The notes under the pieces are model-generated. The model was not told where the DNA came from. It saw nothing but the letters and a program-made list of their open reading frames with translations, and ran no database searches. A stretch of DNA of 64,000 bases, taken from the NCBI GenBank assembly GCA_018716065.1, contig DVKJ01000017.1, forward strand, positions 2,031 to 66,030, written 5' to 3'. This document shows positions 10,077 through 19,409 of this stretch, piece by piece. A program made the translations under genes and the position numbers. The DNA comes from Candidatus Pelethosoma merdigallinarum (GTDB taxonomy: Bacteria; Bacillota_I; Bacilli_A; RF39; UBA660). How positions within the stretch are numbered: the stretch's first letter is position 1; the number at the start of each line of letters is the position of its first letter.

Positions 10077-10931
10077 TTATTCGATAAAACCTTGTTCACG
10101 GAAAAATTCTTCAAATACACTTTTTTCTACATATCCATCTTGGTGTCCTACTACTTCTTGATTTTCAATAACCATGGTAAGTGGGGTTCCAAAAGATTCT
10201 AATTCTTTTAAATAAGTAACAGAATTCATTAAGTTAGAAGAATCCTCTTCTGATAAATCCGTGATATTTAAGTAATTGATCGTAATATCATATTCTTCAA
10301 CAATCTCGTTAAGAACTGGTTTCGTTTCTTCACAATACATACATCCTGTTTGTCCAATTACTACAATTGATTTTTCTCCACTTTCTAGAATCTCAGTATA
10401 ACGAGCATAATCAATCATAGTTAAATTTGGATATTCAGATTTGTATTCTACATCACTAGCAATCATACCACTTTCTTGTAAGAAATTAAATAAAGTTTCA
10501 CGATCTAATGCGCCTGATTGTTCAGCAGTTACATCTCCATTATTCGTAATAGATAAATAAGGAGTTCCAAAATTAGATTCATCAATATTTAGTGCTTGTA
10601 ACAATTCTGATAAACCACTAGATGATAATTCATCTATATTGATATATTCATAATCAAAATCATAATCTTCACTTAATTGTTCAATAACAGGAGTAAACTC
10701 TACACAATAACTACAAGTTGGTCTTCCTAAGAAGAATAGATGTGTTTCGTCACTATTAATTTCTTCTAAAATATCATTTAATTTTTCTTCAGATTGTTTA
10801 GAACTGTAAATGGATACACCCACTACTAATCCGATCACTGCTACGATAGCGACTAAAATAAGTATAATTTTTTTTGTTTCATTCATTTTCTTTACCTCCA
10901 CCAATTTTATTTGAATGTCATTCTCATTCAT
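10077..10931 (-). CDS. Membrane-anchored protein with two thioredoxin-like domains
   Basis: N-terminal TM; two CxxC motifs (PTCSYCVEF and TGCMYCEET), each in a thioredoxin-like context. Confidence 0.55.
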   Translation of the reverse strand: MNENDIQIKLVEVKKMNETKKIILILVAIVAVIGLVVGVSIYSSKQSEEKLNDILEEINSDETHLFFLGRPTCSYCVEFTPVIEQLSEDYDFDYEYINIDELSSSGLSELLQALNIDESNFGTPYLSITNNGDVTAEQSGALDRETLFNFLQESGMIASDVEYKSEYPNLTMIDYARYTEILESGEKSIVVIGQTGCMYCEETKPVLNEIVEEYDITINYLNITDLSEEDSSNLMNSVTYLKELESFGTPLTMVIENQEVVGHQDGYVEKSVFEEFFREQGFIE

Positions 10932-11113
10932 TTATAAACAATAACACGTTCTCCCTTTATTTATGACGTAATTTAAAACACGTTTCAACTATATAGTTCG
11001 GTCTCTATAGTCCTGTTTTTAAATACGTTTTCATTATACACTAAATATATCTTTTTTACAACTTTCTGTCCAAAACTTAAGCTTAGATTTTTATTTCGTT
11101 CTTACACATAAAA

Positions 11114-11137
11114 AAGAATGTTCGCCAAACATTCTTT
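11114..11137 (-). terminator. Intrinsic terminator downstream of gene 11146..12090
   Basis: Perfect hairpin aagaatgtt-cgcca-aacattctt with T-run on minus strand. Confidence 0.45.
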
Positions 11138-11145
11138 TAGTATTA

Positions 11146-12090
11146 CTAAACCATAATATAAATCCAATCTCTATTTTCTAAAGTTTTTATTTTTTGATAA
11201 TATTGTGAAGGATCATACGTTTGATTCCAAATTTGCGCTTGGTTCCATGCGGCCGTATCATCAATTCTTAATTGTTCTTTTAAATAAGTTTCATCGGAAT
11301 CTATACTTCTTATAAAATAATGATGAATGGCTTGCAAATTGGACATAGTAAAGATTGGTTCAAAATCAAATACGGGATGTTTCTCTAAATATTCATCGTA
11401 AGAGCTTCTTTTACGACGTTCCTCAACTTGTGCGTGCATCTGTAAACTCATTGAAAGAGCTCGCATTTCTTTGTTTGTCAATTGATGAACAATAGGGTTC
11501 TGATTAGGAATCTCTAATTTAGTAATAACAGAATAATCATTTAAATGATCATCGGGAAAATGATATTTTATTTTTAATGACTGTTTAGAAATCTGATTCT
11601 TTTCTTTTAAAGTGTGATACAACTTCATTTTATCTATTACATATATATTTTCTTGTGAAGTAGAAGAAATCGTTCTTATTTTAGTACTAGTGGATTGACT
11701 AAAATTGATATTTTGATTCTCATATTGTTCTTTATAAGAATAAATTAATTGATTTTCTTCGGCCTCTTTTAAAGCTATCGTTAAAGTATAAATATTATCA
11801 TTATTCACCGTAGAATTCAAAATACTTTTATACTCTATAATTTCTTGACCTAAAGAATTTTTCTTTAATTGAATATTATGATTATGAATAAAATTTTTAT
11901 GATCTTTTCCTTTAAAAATAATCGTATTATTTTGTTCATCTATAGCTTCTATTTCACAATCCAAGACATTAGGTAAAAAATCATTTATAAATTGTTTAAA
12001 AATAATATTTTGCATGATTCTTGGAGCTTGATCATTCATAAAATGAATCATTTGTTCTTCTTTGTTCATAGTACATATTCCTTTCAACAT
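11146..12090 (-). CDS. Hypothetical protein
   Basis: ORF track; strong terminator downstream; no recognised domain. Confidence 0.4.
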   Translation of the reverse strand: MLKGICTMNKEEQMIHFMNDQAPRIMQNIIFKQFINDFLPNVLDCEIEAIDEQNNTIIFKGKDHKNFIHNHNIQLKKNSLGQEIIEYKSILNSTVNNDNIYTLTIALKEAEENQLIYSYKEQYENQNINFSQSTSTKIRTISSTSQENIYVIDKMKLYHTLKEKNQISKQSLKIKYHFPDDHLNDYSVITKLEIPNQNPIVHQLTNKEMRALSMSLQMHAQVEERRKRSSYDEYLEKHPVFDFEPIFTMSNLQAIHHYFIRSIDSDETYLKEQLRIDDTAAWNQAQIWNQTYDPSQYYQKIKTLENRDWIYIMV

Positions 12091-12171
12091 GTGTTTAAAA
12101 ATTAATTTATTAAATATATTATACTATCCTAAGCCTTATTTAACAATAAAAATTTAAGTATATTTGTTATT

Positions 12172-12207
12172 TAAAAGGAGTGAACAATTTGTTTTGTTCA
12201 CTCCTTT
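12172..12207 (-). terminator. Putative terminator downstream of PepSY gene
   Basis: 13-bp perfect inverted repeat aaaggagtgaaca/tgttcactccttt. Confidence 0.35.
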
Positions 12208-12299
12208 ACTTTACCATTTATCTTTTCTCAAGTGATTACCCTATTTATCACTCGAAAATAACAGATTTTAAAATTCGTACTAGTATATCTGTTTTTTTG

Positions 12300-12932
12300 C
12301 TAATCATGAAAATCTTTATCGTAACTAATGATTTCTCCACTCATCGCATCAATCGTATAATCATACTCATAGTTATCATAAATAAAATCTACTTCATAAA
12401 CTAAAGTTCTATGATCATGATCTAGTTCTGTTCTCAAAAAACTAACACTATTAGCAGCAAGATTAGCATGCGTTAAAGCAATATCTTTAGCTTCTTCTTC
12501 ACTGATATTAGCAGTTTGCTGATTTAAATTATTTTGGTTTGCATTACCATTATTACTGTTATCATTAAACTTATTGCCATTGCTGGAATTATTTTGATTC
12601 GTATCATTTCTAAAGTCAGTATAAATAACTTTACCATTTTTAGCATTTATTTTATATTCATAGTCTTTATTTTGATAATAAACTTCTACTTCATAAATTT
12701 TCTTATCCATTTCAAAATCAATACTATCAAAATATAAATCATTACTATTAGCATTCATATAATTAGCAACTATATTTTTAATTTCATTTTTACTCATAAA
12801 TGTAGTCTTAAAATAAATCAGAAAAATTAGAGCAACTACAACAATTATTCCTACTACAATAAGAATTATTTTTCCATATTTTTTCATAATAAGTTTCCTT
12901 TCTATTAAAAGATATTGTAAACGGTTATACAC
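12300..12932 (-). CDS. PepSY-domain membrane-anchored protein with Asn/Gln-rich linker
   Basis: N-terminal TM; PepSY-like segments (YEVEVYYQNKDYEYKINAKNGKVIY; YEVDFIYDNYEYDYTIDAMSGEII). Confidence 0.5.
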   Translation of the reverse strand: MYNRLQYLLIERKLIMKKYGKIILIVVGIIVVVALIFLIYFKTTFMSKNEIKNIVANYMNANSNDLYFDSIDFEMDKKIYEVEVYYQNKDYEYKINAKNGKVIYTDFRNDTNQNNSSNGNKFNDNSNNGNANQNNLNQQTANISEEEAKDIALTHANLAANSVSFLRTELDHDHRTLVYEVDFIYDNYEYDYTIDAMSGEIISYDKDFHD

Positions 12933-13079
12933 CTTTTTTGTTCTATATTACAAAGATAAACGAATAAATCAATTTATAACTAATTATATCCGATTTCTTG
13001 CTATTTAAAACAAAATATTATATATACAATAAGTTTTACTTTTTTATATCTGTTATCACTTTTCAATTATTATATATAT

Positions 13080-13997
13080 TTACCAATTATTTTTAAGTTC
13101 AAAATCTTTTGCATAAGAATAATCTATTATTTCTCCATCCTTCGTCTCAATCCATCCTTTAAATTTGTGCGACCATTCTGTCAATTGAGATGCACTTTTA
13201 TTTTCCAATTGAGATAGAACCTTATCCATAATAATGATTTCTTCTTTTGTAAACAAAGATAAATCACAGTCTTGATTGGGAGTAAATAATATTTTATCAT
13301 CTTCATCATTAGAAAAATTCAAGTAATTTTGGTGAACTAAAAGTTGTAAATATGTCCCTTGATTATCAATAACTGGTCCATAAGTCCCATGAGCATATTT
13401 AAATGATGTTATAGAATGATTCGTTTCCTTGACCGATTCAAAATCAATAGCAAAAAAGTTTTTCATTATTTGCGTTCTGTATAATGCATTGTTTTTTAAA
13501 ACATATAAAAACACATTAATGGTTTTTAAATCTAATTCAGCATTTATTAAATGACATATTCTATAATAATCTTTTTTATCCATTGAATCTTTGTTACTTT
13601 TTAAAATTTCAAGAAATGCATTCTTATTATTTTTAATATTTTTATAAATTAATAAATATTGTTTCCGAGGTAAAGACTCTGCATGTTCATATCTTATAAT
13701 TGTTCTTTTACTCCAACCAAGAGCCTTTGCAAATAATTCTTGTGATAGATTATAAGAATTACGTATTTCTTTTAATTTTTCAAAACTTAATCCATACAAC
13801 TCTAGATATGCATTATAAATGTTATATAATGAATCATTTAGATTGTCATTAATTAATTCGTTTTCACAGACAGGACACTTAAAAACTTGTTCTTCAACAT
13901 GAACTTCTTGATGTCGAACAACATAAGTATTATTTTGTATAGTGCAAAGTGGTTTAACATCTTTATCACAGTTAAAACAATATAGTTTTTTCTCCAT
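13080..13997 (-). CDS. MqsA-like antitoxin (zinc-ribbon + XRE-family HTH) with an extra ~170 aa C-terminal domain
   Basis: Two CxxC pairs (CFNC, CPVC) followed by an HTH (LSQELFAKALGWSKRTIIRYE), matching MqsA architecture; 20-nt gap to upstream toxin-like gene; C-terminal extension not recognised. Confidence 0.55.
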   Translation of the reverse strand: MEKKLYCFNCDKDVKPLCTIQNNTYVVRHQEVHVEEQVFKCPVCENELINDNLNDSLYNIYNAYLELYGLSFEKLKEIRNSYNLSQELFAKALGWSKRTIIRYEHAESLPRKQYLLIYKNIKNNKNAFLEILKSNKDSMDKKDYYRICHLINAELDLKTINVFLYVLKNNALYRTQIMKNFFAIDFESVKETNHSITSFKYAHGTYGPVIDNQGTYLQLLVHQNYLNFSNDEDDKILFTPNQDCDLSLFTKEEIIIMDKVLSQLENKSASQLTEWSHKFKGWIETKDGEIIDYSYAKDFELKNNW

Positions 13998-14017
13998 AGA
14001 TTTCTCCTCCTTTTTAA

Positions 14018-14377
14018 CTAAGTGCTTTCATGAAATGAAATACATATTATACCTCTATTATTCATTGTTAATTTAATATATACTATTTTTTTGTTAATAA
14101 TTTTCTTAAAAATATATACCTCAGAATTCATGTCTCTAGAATAATCTCGGTCTCGATCTATTTTAATGCAATTTTTTATTTCTAAAGAAAGTATATAATT
14201 CCATATATCCTTTTCTTTCATAATCCCAATATCGATTAAGGCTTGTTTCGCGGATATCATTTTACCATTGACGTTTACACTTCGATAGCCAACAAAATAA
14301 CAATTTCCTTTTTTTATTTCTTTTTTACAAATATTTAAAAATGAATTAACACTATCTATATCCAAAGTACTGAACAT
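14018..14377 (-). CDS. MqsR-like toxin (putative mRNA interferase)
   Basis: C-terminal VYIKLTMNNRGIICISFHE resembles the MqsR C-terminus (QVYLKITVIHDVLIVSFKE); ORF-track start 14449 is a TTG inside a promoter; ATG at 14377 with G-rich RBS gives ~119 aa. Confidence 0.5.
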   Translation of the reverse strand: MFSTLDIDSVNSFLNICKKEIKKGNCYFVGYRSVNVNGKMISAKQALIDIGIMKEKDIWNYILSLEIKNCIKIDRDRDYSRDMNSEVYIFKKIINKKIVYIKLTMNNRGIICISFHEST

Positions 14378-14421
14378 TGTTGACCCCCCTACATATGAAC
14401 TCCTTTCATCATTTATATTAA

Positions 14422-14450
14422 TTATATACCTTTTACTTTTTGGTGTCAAT
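14422..14450 (-). promoter_or_regulatory. Consensus sigma-A-type promoter for the mqsR/mqsA-like operon
   Basis: Minus strand reads TTGACA-17 nt-TATAAT (plus-strand tgtcaa 14445..14450; attata 14422..14427). Confidence 0.5.
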
Positions 14451-14826
14451 TGTCACCGTTCATTTTGTTTGAAAATATTTACATATTTATTATACAAATA
14501 CATTTTTATTTTAGACAGTCCATACATGGCATATTTTATCTTCATGATTCTATTAAACATAACATCTAAATTACAAATATAAACATTAGGTAATATTTTT
14601 CTTCTTTATTAATAATCCAATGTTCCTTTCAACATACATTATACATAATTGTTAGTTGAGTGGAACATAAAACAATATATTTTAAAAACAAAAAGAATGT
14701 TTACATATTTTTATGCAAGCATTCTCTTATTTTTAAGGTATTTTGCAGTATTCAATTTTTTTTGCAAACAATGTTAATACTTTTTAATTTTTCTTTAGCA
14801 CTTTTATTTCCTTGTTTTATATAGCT

Positions 14827-17322
14827 TTATGCGTTGCGACCACAACAATTCTTGTACTTTTTTCCACTTCCGCAGGGGCACAATTGATTGCGACCGACCT
14901 TTTTAGCTTTCTTTGTTGGAGTATTCTTTTCTTTACTCTTATCGGTTACAGCTGTACCTTTTGCGACTTGTTTACGTTCCGTATTTTGACGAATTTCTGC
15001 TTTTAATAAGAATAATGTTGTATCACGGTCAATAACATTTAATAATTCATCAAATAGTTCAAATCCTTCTAACGTATAAGCACGCAATGGATTTTCTTGA
15101 GCATATCCACGAAGACCAATTCCTTCACGTAAGTGAGACATCGTGTTGATATGATCCATCCAATGCGTATCAATGACACGTAGAGCAACGGCTTTTTCGA
15201 AATCATTAATAATTTCTACTGGTAATTCTTTAATTTTATGTTCGTATTCTTCAATTACTTTAGATATCAAGAAATCAACGATCTCTTGCTCTTTCATTCC
15301 GTCCATATCATCAATCGTAATTGGTGTATGTACTAAATTACTATTTACCATTTCTAAGATTTCATTACGATCTTTTCCAGAAATTTCTCCATCTTGAACA
15401 TGAGAATGAACTAATTCATCGATGAAATTCTTAATTGTTGATAAAACCGTTTCATGAATAGATTCTTGATCTAGAATTTCATTACGACGTTCATAAATAA
15501 TTTCACGTTGTTGATTAATAACATCATCATATTGTAATAAGTTTTTACGGGTATCAAAGTTATTTCCTTCTACACGTTTTTGGGCAGATTCAATAGAATT
15601 TGATAGCATCTTATTACGAATAGATAGTTCTCCATCAAATCCAACTTTTTGTAATAAAACTTTTGCTTTATCGGTACCAAAACGAACCATTAAATCGTCT
15701 TCAAATGAAACGCAGAATTGAGTTTCTCCTGGATCTCCTTGACGACCAGAACGTCCACGTAACTGATTATCAATACGACGTGATTCGTGTCTTTCTGTAC
15801 CAAGAACAAATAGTCCACCTAATTCTTTGACTTCATCATCAATTTTAATGTCGGTTCCACGACCTGCCATATTCGTTGCGATCGTAACCGCACCTTTTTT
15901 ACCAGCTAAAGCAATGATTTCTGCTTCACGAGCATTATTCTTCGCATTTAATACTTCGTGAGGAATACGTTCCTTTTTAAGCATATTACTTAAAAGTTCA
16001 CTTGCTTCTACCGCAATCGTACCCACTAGTACCGGTTGTCCTTTTTTATGACGCTCTTTAATTTCATTTACAATTGCCTTATATTTTCCAGCTTTTGTCG
16101 CATAGATTAAATCTCCATAATCTTTACGAATAACTGGTTTATTTGTAGGAATAGTAATAACATACATATTGTAAATATCACGGAATTCTTCTTCTTCTGT
16201 TTTTGCGGTTCCGGTCATTCCGGCTAATTTATCATATAAACGGAATAAATTTTGGAACGTAATCGTCGCAAGTGTTTTGGTTTCCTCATTAATTTTAACA
16301 TTTTCTTTCGCTTCTAAAGCTTGGTGTAAACCATCAGAGAATTGACGTCCTTCTTGAAGACGACCCGTAAATTGATCTACGATAATGACACGACCATCAC
16401 GTACAACGTAGTCAAAATCTAATTTCATTCCATAGTTTGCTTTTAAAGCTTGATTAATATGATGAACAAGAGTTGTTTGTTTAATATCGTATAAATTATC
16501 TACATGGAAAGTACGTTCTGCTTCTGCAATTCCTTTTTCATCCAAAGAAACGGAACGTGTTTTCTCATCATAAATATATCCATCATTTTCTTTTAAAGTT
16601 TTGGCAAACTTATCTGCTTGTTGATAAAGATTAGCCGTACTCATATGTCCACCAGAAATGATTAATGGCGTACGTGCTTCATCGATTAACACAGAGTCAA
16701 CCTCATCGATAATAACAAAATTTAATTTACGTTGAACACGATCTTCAGCGCGAACAACCATGTTATCACGTAGATAATCAAATCCAATTTCATTATTCGT
16801 AGAATACATAATATCACAATTATAAGCTTCTCTTTTTTCTTTATGGTTTAAATCGTGATAATTAACACCTACGGTAAGACCTAAGAAACGATAGATTTCT
16901 CCCATCCATTCCGCATCACGTCCAGCTAGGTATTCATTGACTGTAATAATATGAACTCCAAGACCAGATAACGCATTTAAATAAGCAGGCATCGTTTCCG
17001 TTAATGTCTTACCTTCTCCTGTTTTCATTTCGGCAATATTTCCATAGTGAATGGCAAATCCACCTAAAATCTGAACATAGTATGGTTTTTCACCAATCAC
17101 ACGATAAGCTGCCTCACGAGCAACCGCAAAAGCTTCAATTTTAATATCTTCTAACGTTTCACCATTACGAAGACGATCTCTAAACTCTTCTGTTTTATTT
17201 TTCAAGTCTTGATCGCTTAGGTTTGTCATTTCTTCATCTAAGGACATCACTTGATCCGCATATTTTTTAAACTTTTCTAATTCTTTATATTCATGATCAA
17301 ATATTTTCTTTAAAAAGTTCAT
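14827..17322 (-). CDS. secA: Preprotein translocase ATPase SecA
   Basis: Full-length SecA with DEAD-like motor motifs and C-terminal zinc-binding CPCGSGKKYKNCCG. Confidence 0.95.
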   Translation of the reverse strand: MNFLKKIFDHEYKELEKFKKYADQVMSLDEEMTNLSDQDLKNKTEEFRDRLRNGETLEDIKIEAFAVAREAAYRVIGEKPYYVQILGGFAIHYGNIAEMKTGEGKTLTETMPAYLNALSGLGVHIITVNEYLAGRDAEWMGEIYRFLGLTVGVNYHDLNHKEKREAYNCDIMYSTNNEIGFDYLRDNMVVRAEDRVQRKLNFVIIDEVDSVLIDEARTPLIISGGHMSTANLYQQADKFAKTLKENDGYIYDEKTRSVSLDEKGIAEAERTFHVDNLYDIKQTTLVHHINQALKANYGMKLDFDYVVRDGRVIIVDQFTGRLQEGRQFSDGLHQALEAKENVKINEETKTLATITFQNLFRLYDKLAGMTGTAKTEEEEFRDIYNMYVITIPTNKPVIRKDYGDLIYATKAGKYKAIVNEIKERHKKGQPVLVGTIAVEASELLSNMLKKERIPHEVLNAKNNAREAEIIALAGKKGAVTIATNMAGRGTDIKIDDEVKELGGLFVLGTERHESRRIDNQLRGRSGRQGDPGETQFCVSFEDDLMVRFGTDKAKVLLQKVGFDGELSIRNKMLSNSIESAQKRVEGNNFDTRKNLLQYDDVINQQREIIYERRNEILDQESIHETVLSTIKNFIDELVHSHVQDGEISGKDRNEILEMVNSNLVHTPITIDDMDGMKEQEIVDFLISKVIEEYEHKIKELPVEIINDFEKAVALRVIDTHWMDHINTMSHLREGIGLRGYAQENPLRAYTLEGFELFDELLNVIDRDTTLFLLKAEIRQNTERKQVAKGTAVTDKSKEKNTPTKKAKKVGRNQLCPCGSGKKYKNCCGRNA

Positions 17323-17447
17323 TCTCTTGACCTTCTTTCTTTATACAAACAATATTTTATCAAAAAATCATGAAAAACACTAGGAAATTTAAGAGAAAAG
17401 GCAATTTTTATGAAAAAACTTATCCCCATAGGAATAAGCTTTTCATT

Positions 17448-17984
17448 TTATTCATGTGTTTCAATAATTCCGTAATTATTGTCTTTTCTTTTATATACTA
17501 CTGCGATGTGACCATCTTCTGCATTTTTAAATACAAAGAAGTCATGTCCCAATAAGTCCATTTGAAGAACTGCTTCTTCTTCACTCATTGGTTTTACATC
17601 TACTTGTTTTCTCTTAATAATTGTATTCTTATTTTCTTCTTCTTCTGTTATATCAAAATCCATATTCATGAAAGTGAATCTTTCATTATGAATCTTATGT
17701 TTCATTTTTGTCTTATTTTTACGAATTTGTCTTTCTAACTTTTCCACTACACCATCAATAGCTGTATATAGATCTTTATCACGATCTTCGGCACGTAAAA
17801 TAACTTTTGGTGCTGGAATTGTTACTTCGACAACTTGTGAAACTCCGCTTGGATGTACTAAGACATTCGCTTTCATTTCACCTGGATTTTCAAAGTATTT
17901 ATCTAACCTCCCAATTCTTTTTTCAATGTAAGCTTTGATTGCTTCGGTAACCTCTAATTTGCTACCACGGATATTAAATACCAT
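17448..17984 (-). CDS. hpf: Ribosome hibernation-promoting factor, long form (HPF/YvyD)
   Basis: Starts MVFNIRGSKLEVTEAIKAYIEKRIG like Bacillus YvyD; long C-terminal dimerisation domain; ORF-track start at 18008 is 8 codons upstream; ATG at 17982..17984 has a better RBS. Confidence 0.85.
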   Translation of the reverse strand: MVFNIRGSKLEVTEAIKAYIEKRIGRLDKYFENPGEMKANVLVHPSGVSQVVEVTIPAPKVILRAEDRDKDLYTAIDGVVEKLERQIRKNKTKMKHKIHNERFTFMNMDFDITEEEENKNTIIKRKQVDVKPMSEEEAVLQMDLLGHDFFVFKNAEDGHIAVVYKRKDNNYGIIETHE

Positions 17985-18029
17985 AACATCAATCCTTTCC
18001 ACCTTCATTATATCACACTTTATGTGAAA

Positions 18030-18071
18030 AAAAGACGAAAAAAAAGAAAAACTGCTATACTAAAGCAGTTT
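18030..18071 (-). terminator. Intrinsic terminator of cold-shock gene
   Basis: Hairpin aaactgct-atactaa-agcagttt overlapping the csp stop, followed by T-run on minus strand. Confidence 0.4.
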
Positions 18072-18267
18072 TAATCTCAACAACGTTCTTTGCTTGTAAT
18101 CCCTTATCAGTTCTTACTAACTCAAATTGAACTTCTTGTCCTTCAACTAAAGTTTTGTATCCCTCTGATAAAATAGCAGAATAATGAACAAAAATATCTT
18201 CTCCATCTTTATATTCGATGAATCCGAAACCTTTGTCATTGTTGAACCATTTAACACGACCGGTCAT
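18055..18267 (-). CDS. csp: Cold-shock protein (CspA family)
   Basis: [20 protein letters not shown]1 motif; 70 aa; long AT-rich 5' UTR region upstream. Confidence 0.9.
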   Translation of the reverse strand: MTGRVKWFNNDKGFGFIEYKDGEDIFVHYSAILSEGYKTLVEGQEVQFELVRTDKGLQAKNVVEIKTALV

Positions 18268-18608
18268 ATCTCACATCTCCCTTCTACTTCACAACTACAT
18301 TGTACCCCTTTCACCCTTCACATTTCAAGAAAATACGTTCGCCAAATTTCGACATTTTTTTCGCTATTCGCAAATTGTAGTTTTTGAAACATCTTAACAG
18401 AATGTTATCGGGTAATTCTAATTTTACAGGATTTATTCACTCACTTATCATTTTTTGTACGAAATATCCATTTTTGTCAATGAACGACTTTTTTTGCTTT
18501 AATTTAATTAAAATAATAAATTTCAAACATCAAAAGTTCGTTTTTAAGTAATTTTTGTGTTTTTTACACTAAAACATGAAATAATGTTTTCTAGGAAGTA
18601 GTGGTAGT

Positions 18609-19211
18609 ATGAGACAAAGATTTGTTAATGGAGGATATCAGTATATTATTCATTATCAACCCAATTTAGACCAATTAACAAAAGATAAAATAAAATATGG
18701 GTTAGAATCCTTCTATATCTTAATTACAAAACTTGTCTTTATCTTCTTCGTTGCATGGATCTTAAATATAGCTTTAGAAGTTCTTATCTTTCTATTTCTA
18801 TATAATATAATTAGAACAACATCTTTCGGACTACATGCGACAAAAAGTTGGATTTGTTTAGTATCTTCTACTTTAATCTTCATCCTCGTACCAATGATGT
18901 GTTTATATGTCGATATTCCAATCAACATAAAAACCATCTTAGGAGTTATAGGAACAATATGTATGATTAAAAATGCCCCAGCAGATACTTATAAAAGGCC
19001 AATAATTAATCCAAAACGCAGACTGATTTATAAAATATTATCTACAATTATTGCCCTCGGTTTAACCATTACTTCGATTTTGCTTGAAAATACATTTTGG
19101 GCAAATTGTTGTATCATGGCATTAGTTGTTCAATGTTTCATGATATCACCTTTAGTATATAAATTGTTTAAATTACCTTATAATAATTATTTAAAGTATC
19201 AACATTCATAG
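18609..19211 (+). CDS. agrB: AgrB-like accessory gene regulator protein B (AgrD-processing membrane peptidase)
   Basis: ~200 aa polytopic membrane protein with conserved His/Cys pair (GLHATKSWIC); followed 42 nt later by an AgrD-like propeptide. Confidence 0.7.
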   Translation: MRQRFVNGGYQYIIHYQPNLDQLTKDKIKYGLESFYILITKLVFIFFVAWILNIALEVLIFLFLYNIIRTTSFGLHATKSWICLVSSTLIFILVPMMCLYVDIPINIKTILGVIGTICMIKNAPADTYKRPIINPKRRLIYKILSTIIALGLTITSILLENTFWANCCIMALVVQCFMISPLVYKLFKLPYNNYLKYQHS

Positions 19212-19253
19212 TTATTTAAACATGTTTAAATATAGTAGTAAAAGGAGGTTAAT

Positions 19254-19376
19254 ATGAAAAGTTTATTTGCATCAATCCTTTCAATGTTTTCTGTAGGATT
19301 AGCGGATATGGGAAGCAGCGCATGTGTATTCGTTGTAATTGATGAGCCAGAAATGCCAGAAAGTTTAATTAAATAA
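19254..19376 (+). CDS. agrD: AgrD-like autoinducing-peptide precursor (40 aa)
   Basis: Not in ORF track. AGGAGG RBS 7 nt upstream; MKSLFASILSMFSVGLADMGSSACVFVVIDEPEMPESLIK has an amphipathic leader, a single Cys followed by a hydrophobic tetrapeptide, and a C-terminal acidic IDEPEMPESL recognition tail like S. aureus DEVEVPKEL. Confidence 0.6.
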   Translation: MKSLFASILSMFSVGLADMGSSACVFVVIDEPEMPESLIK

Positions 19377-19409
19377 ATGATTACTAAAAAATGTAAGGAG
19401 ATTAAACCC

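Noticed and set aside
11146-12090. Considered a nucleoid-associated NdpA/YejK-like protein
   Set aside because: No convincing motif match on inspection, so it was left as hypothetical.
14378-14449. N-terminal 24 codons of the ORF-track version of the MqsR-like gene (TTG start)
   Set aside because: This stretch contains a perfect sigma-A promoter and an RBS for the internal ATG, so it is 5' UTR and promoter, not coding.
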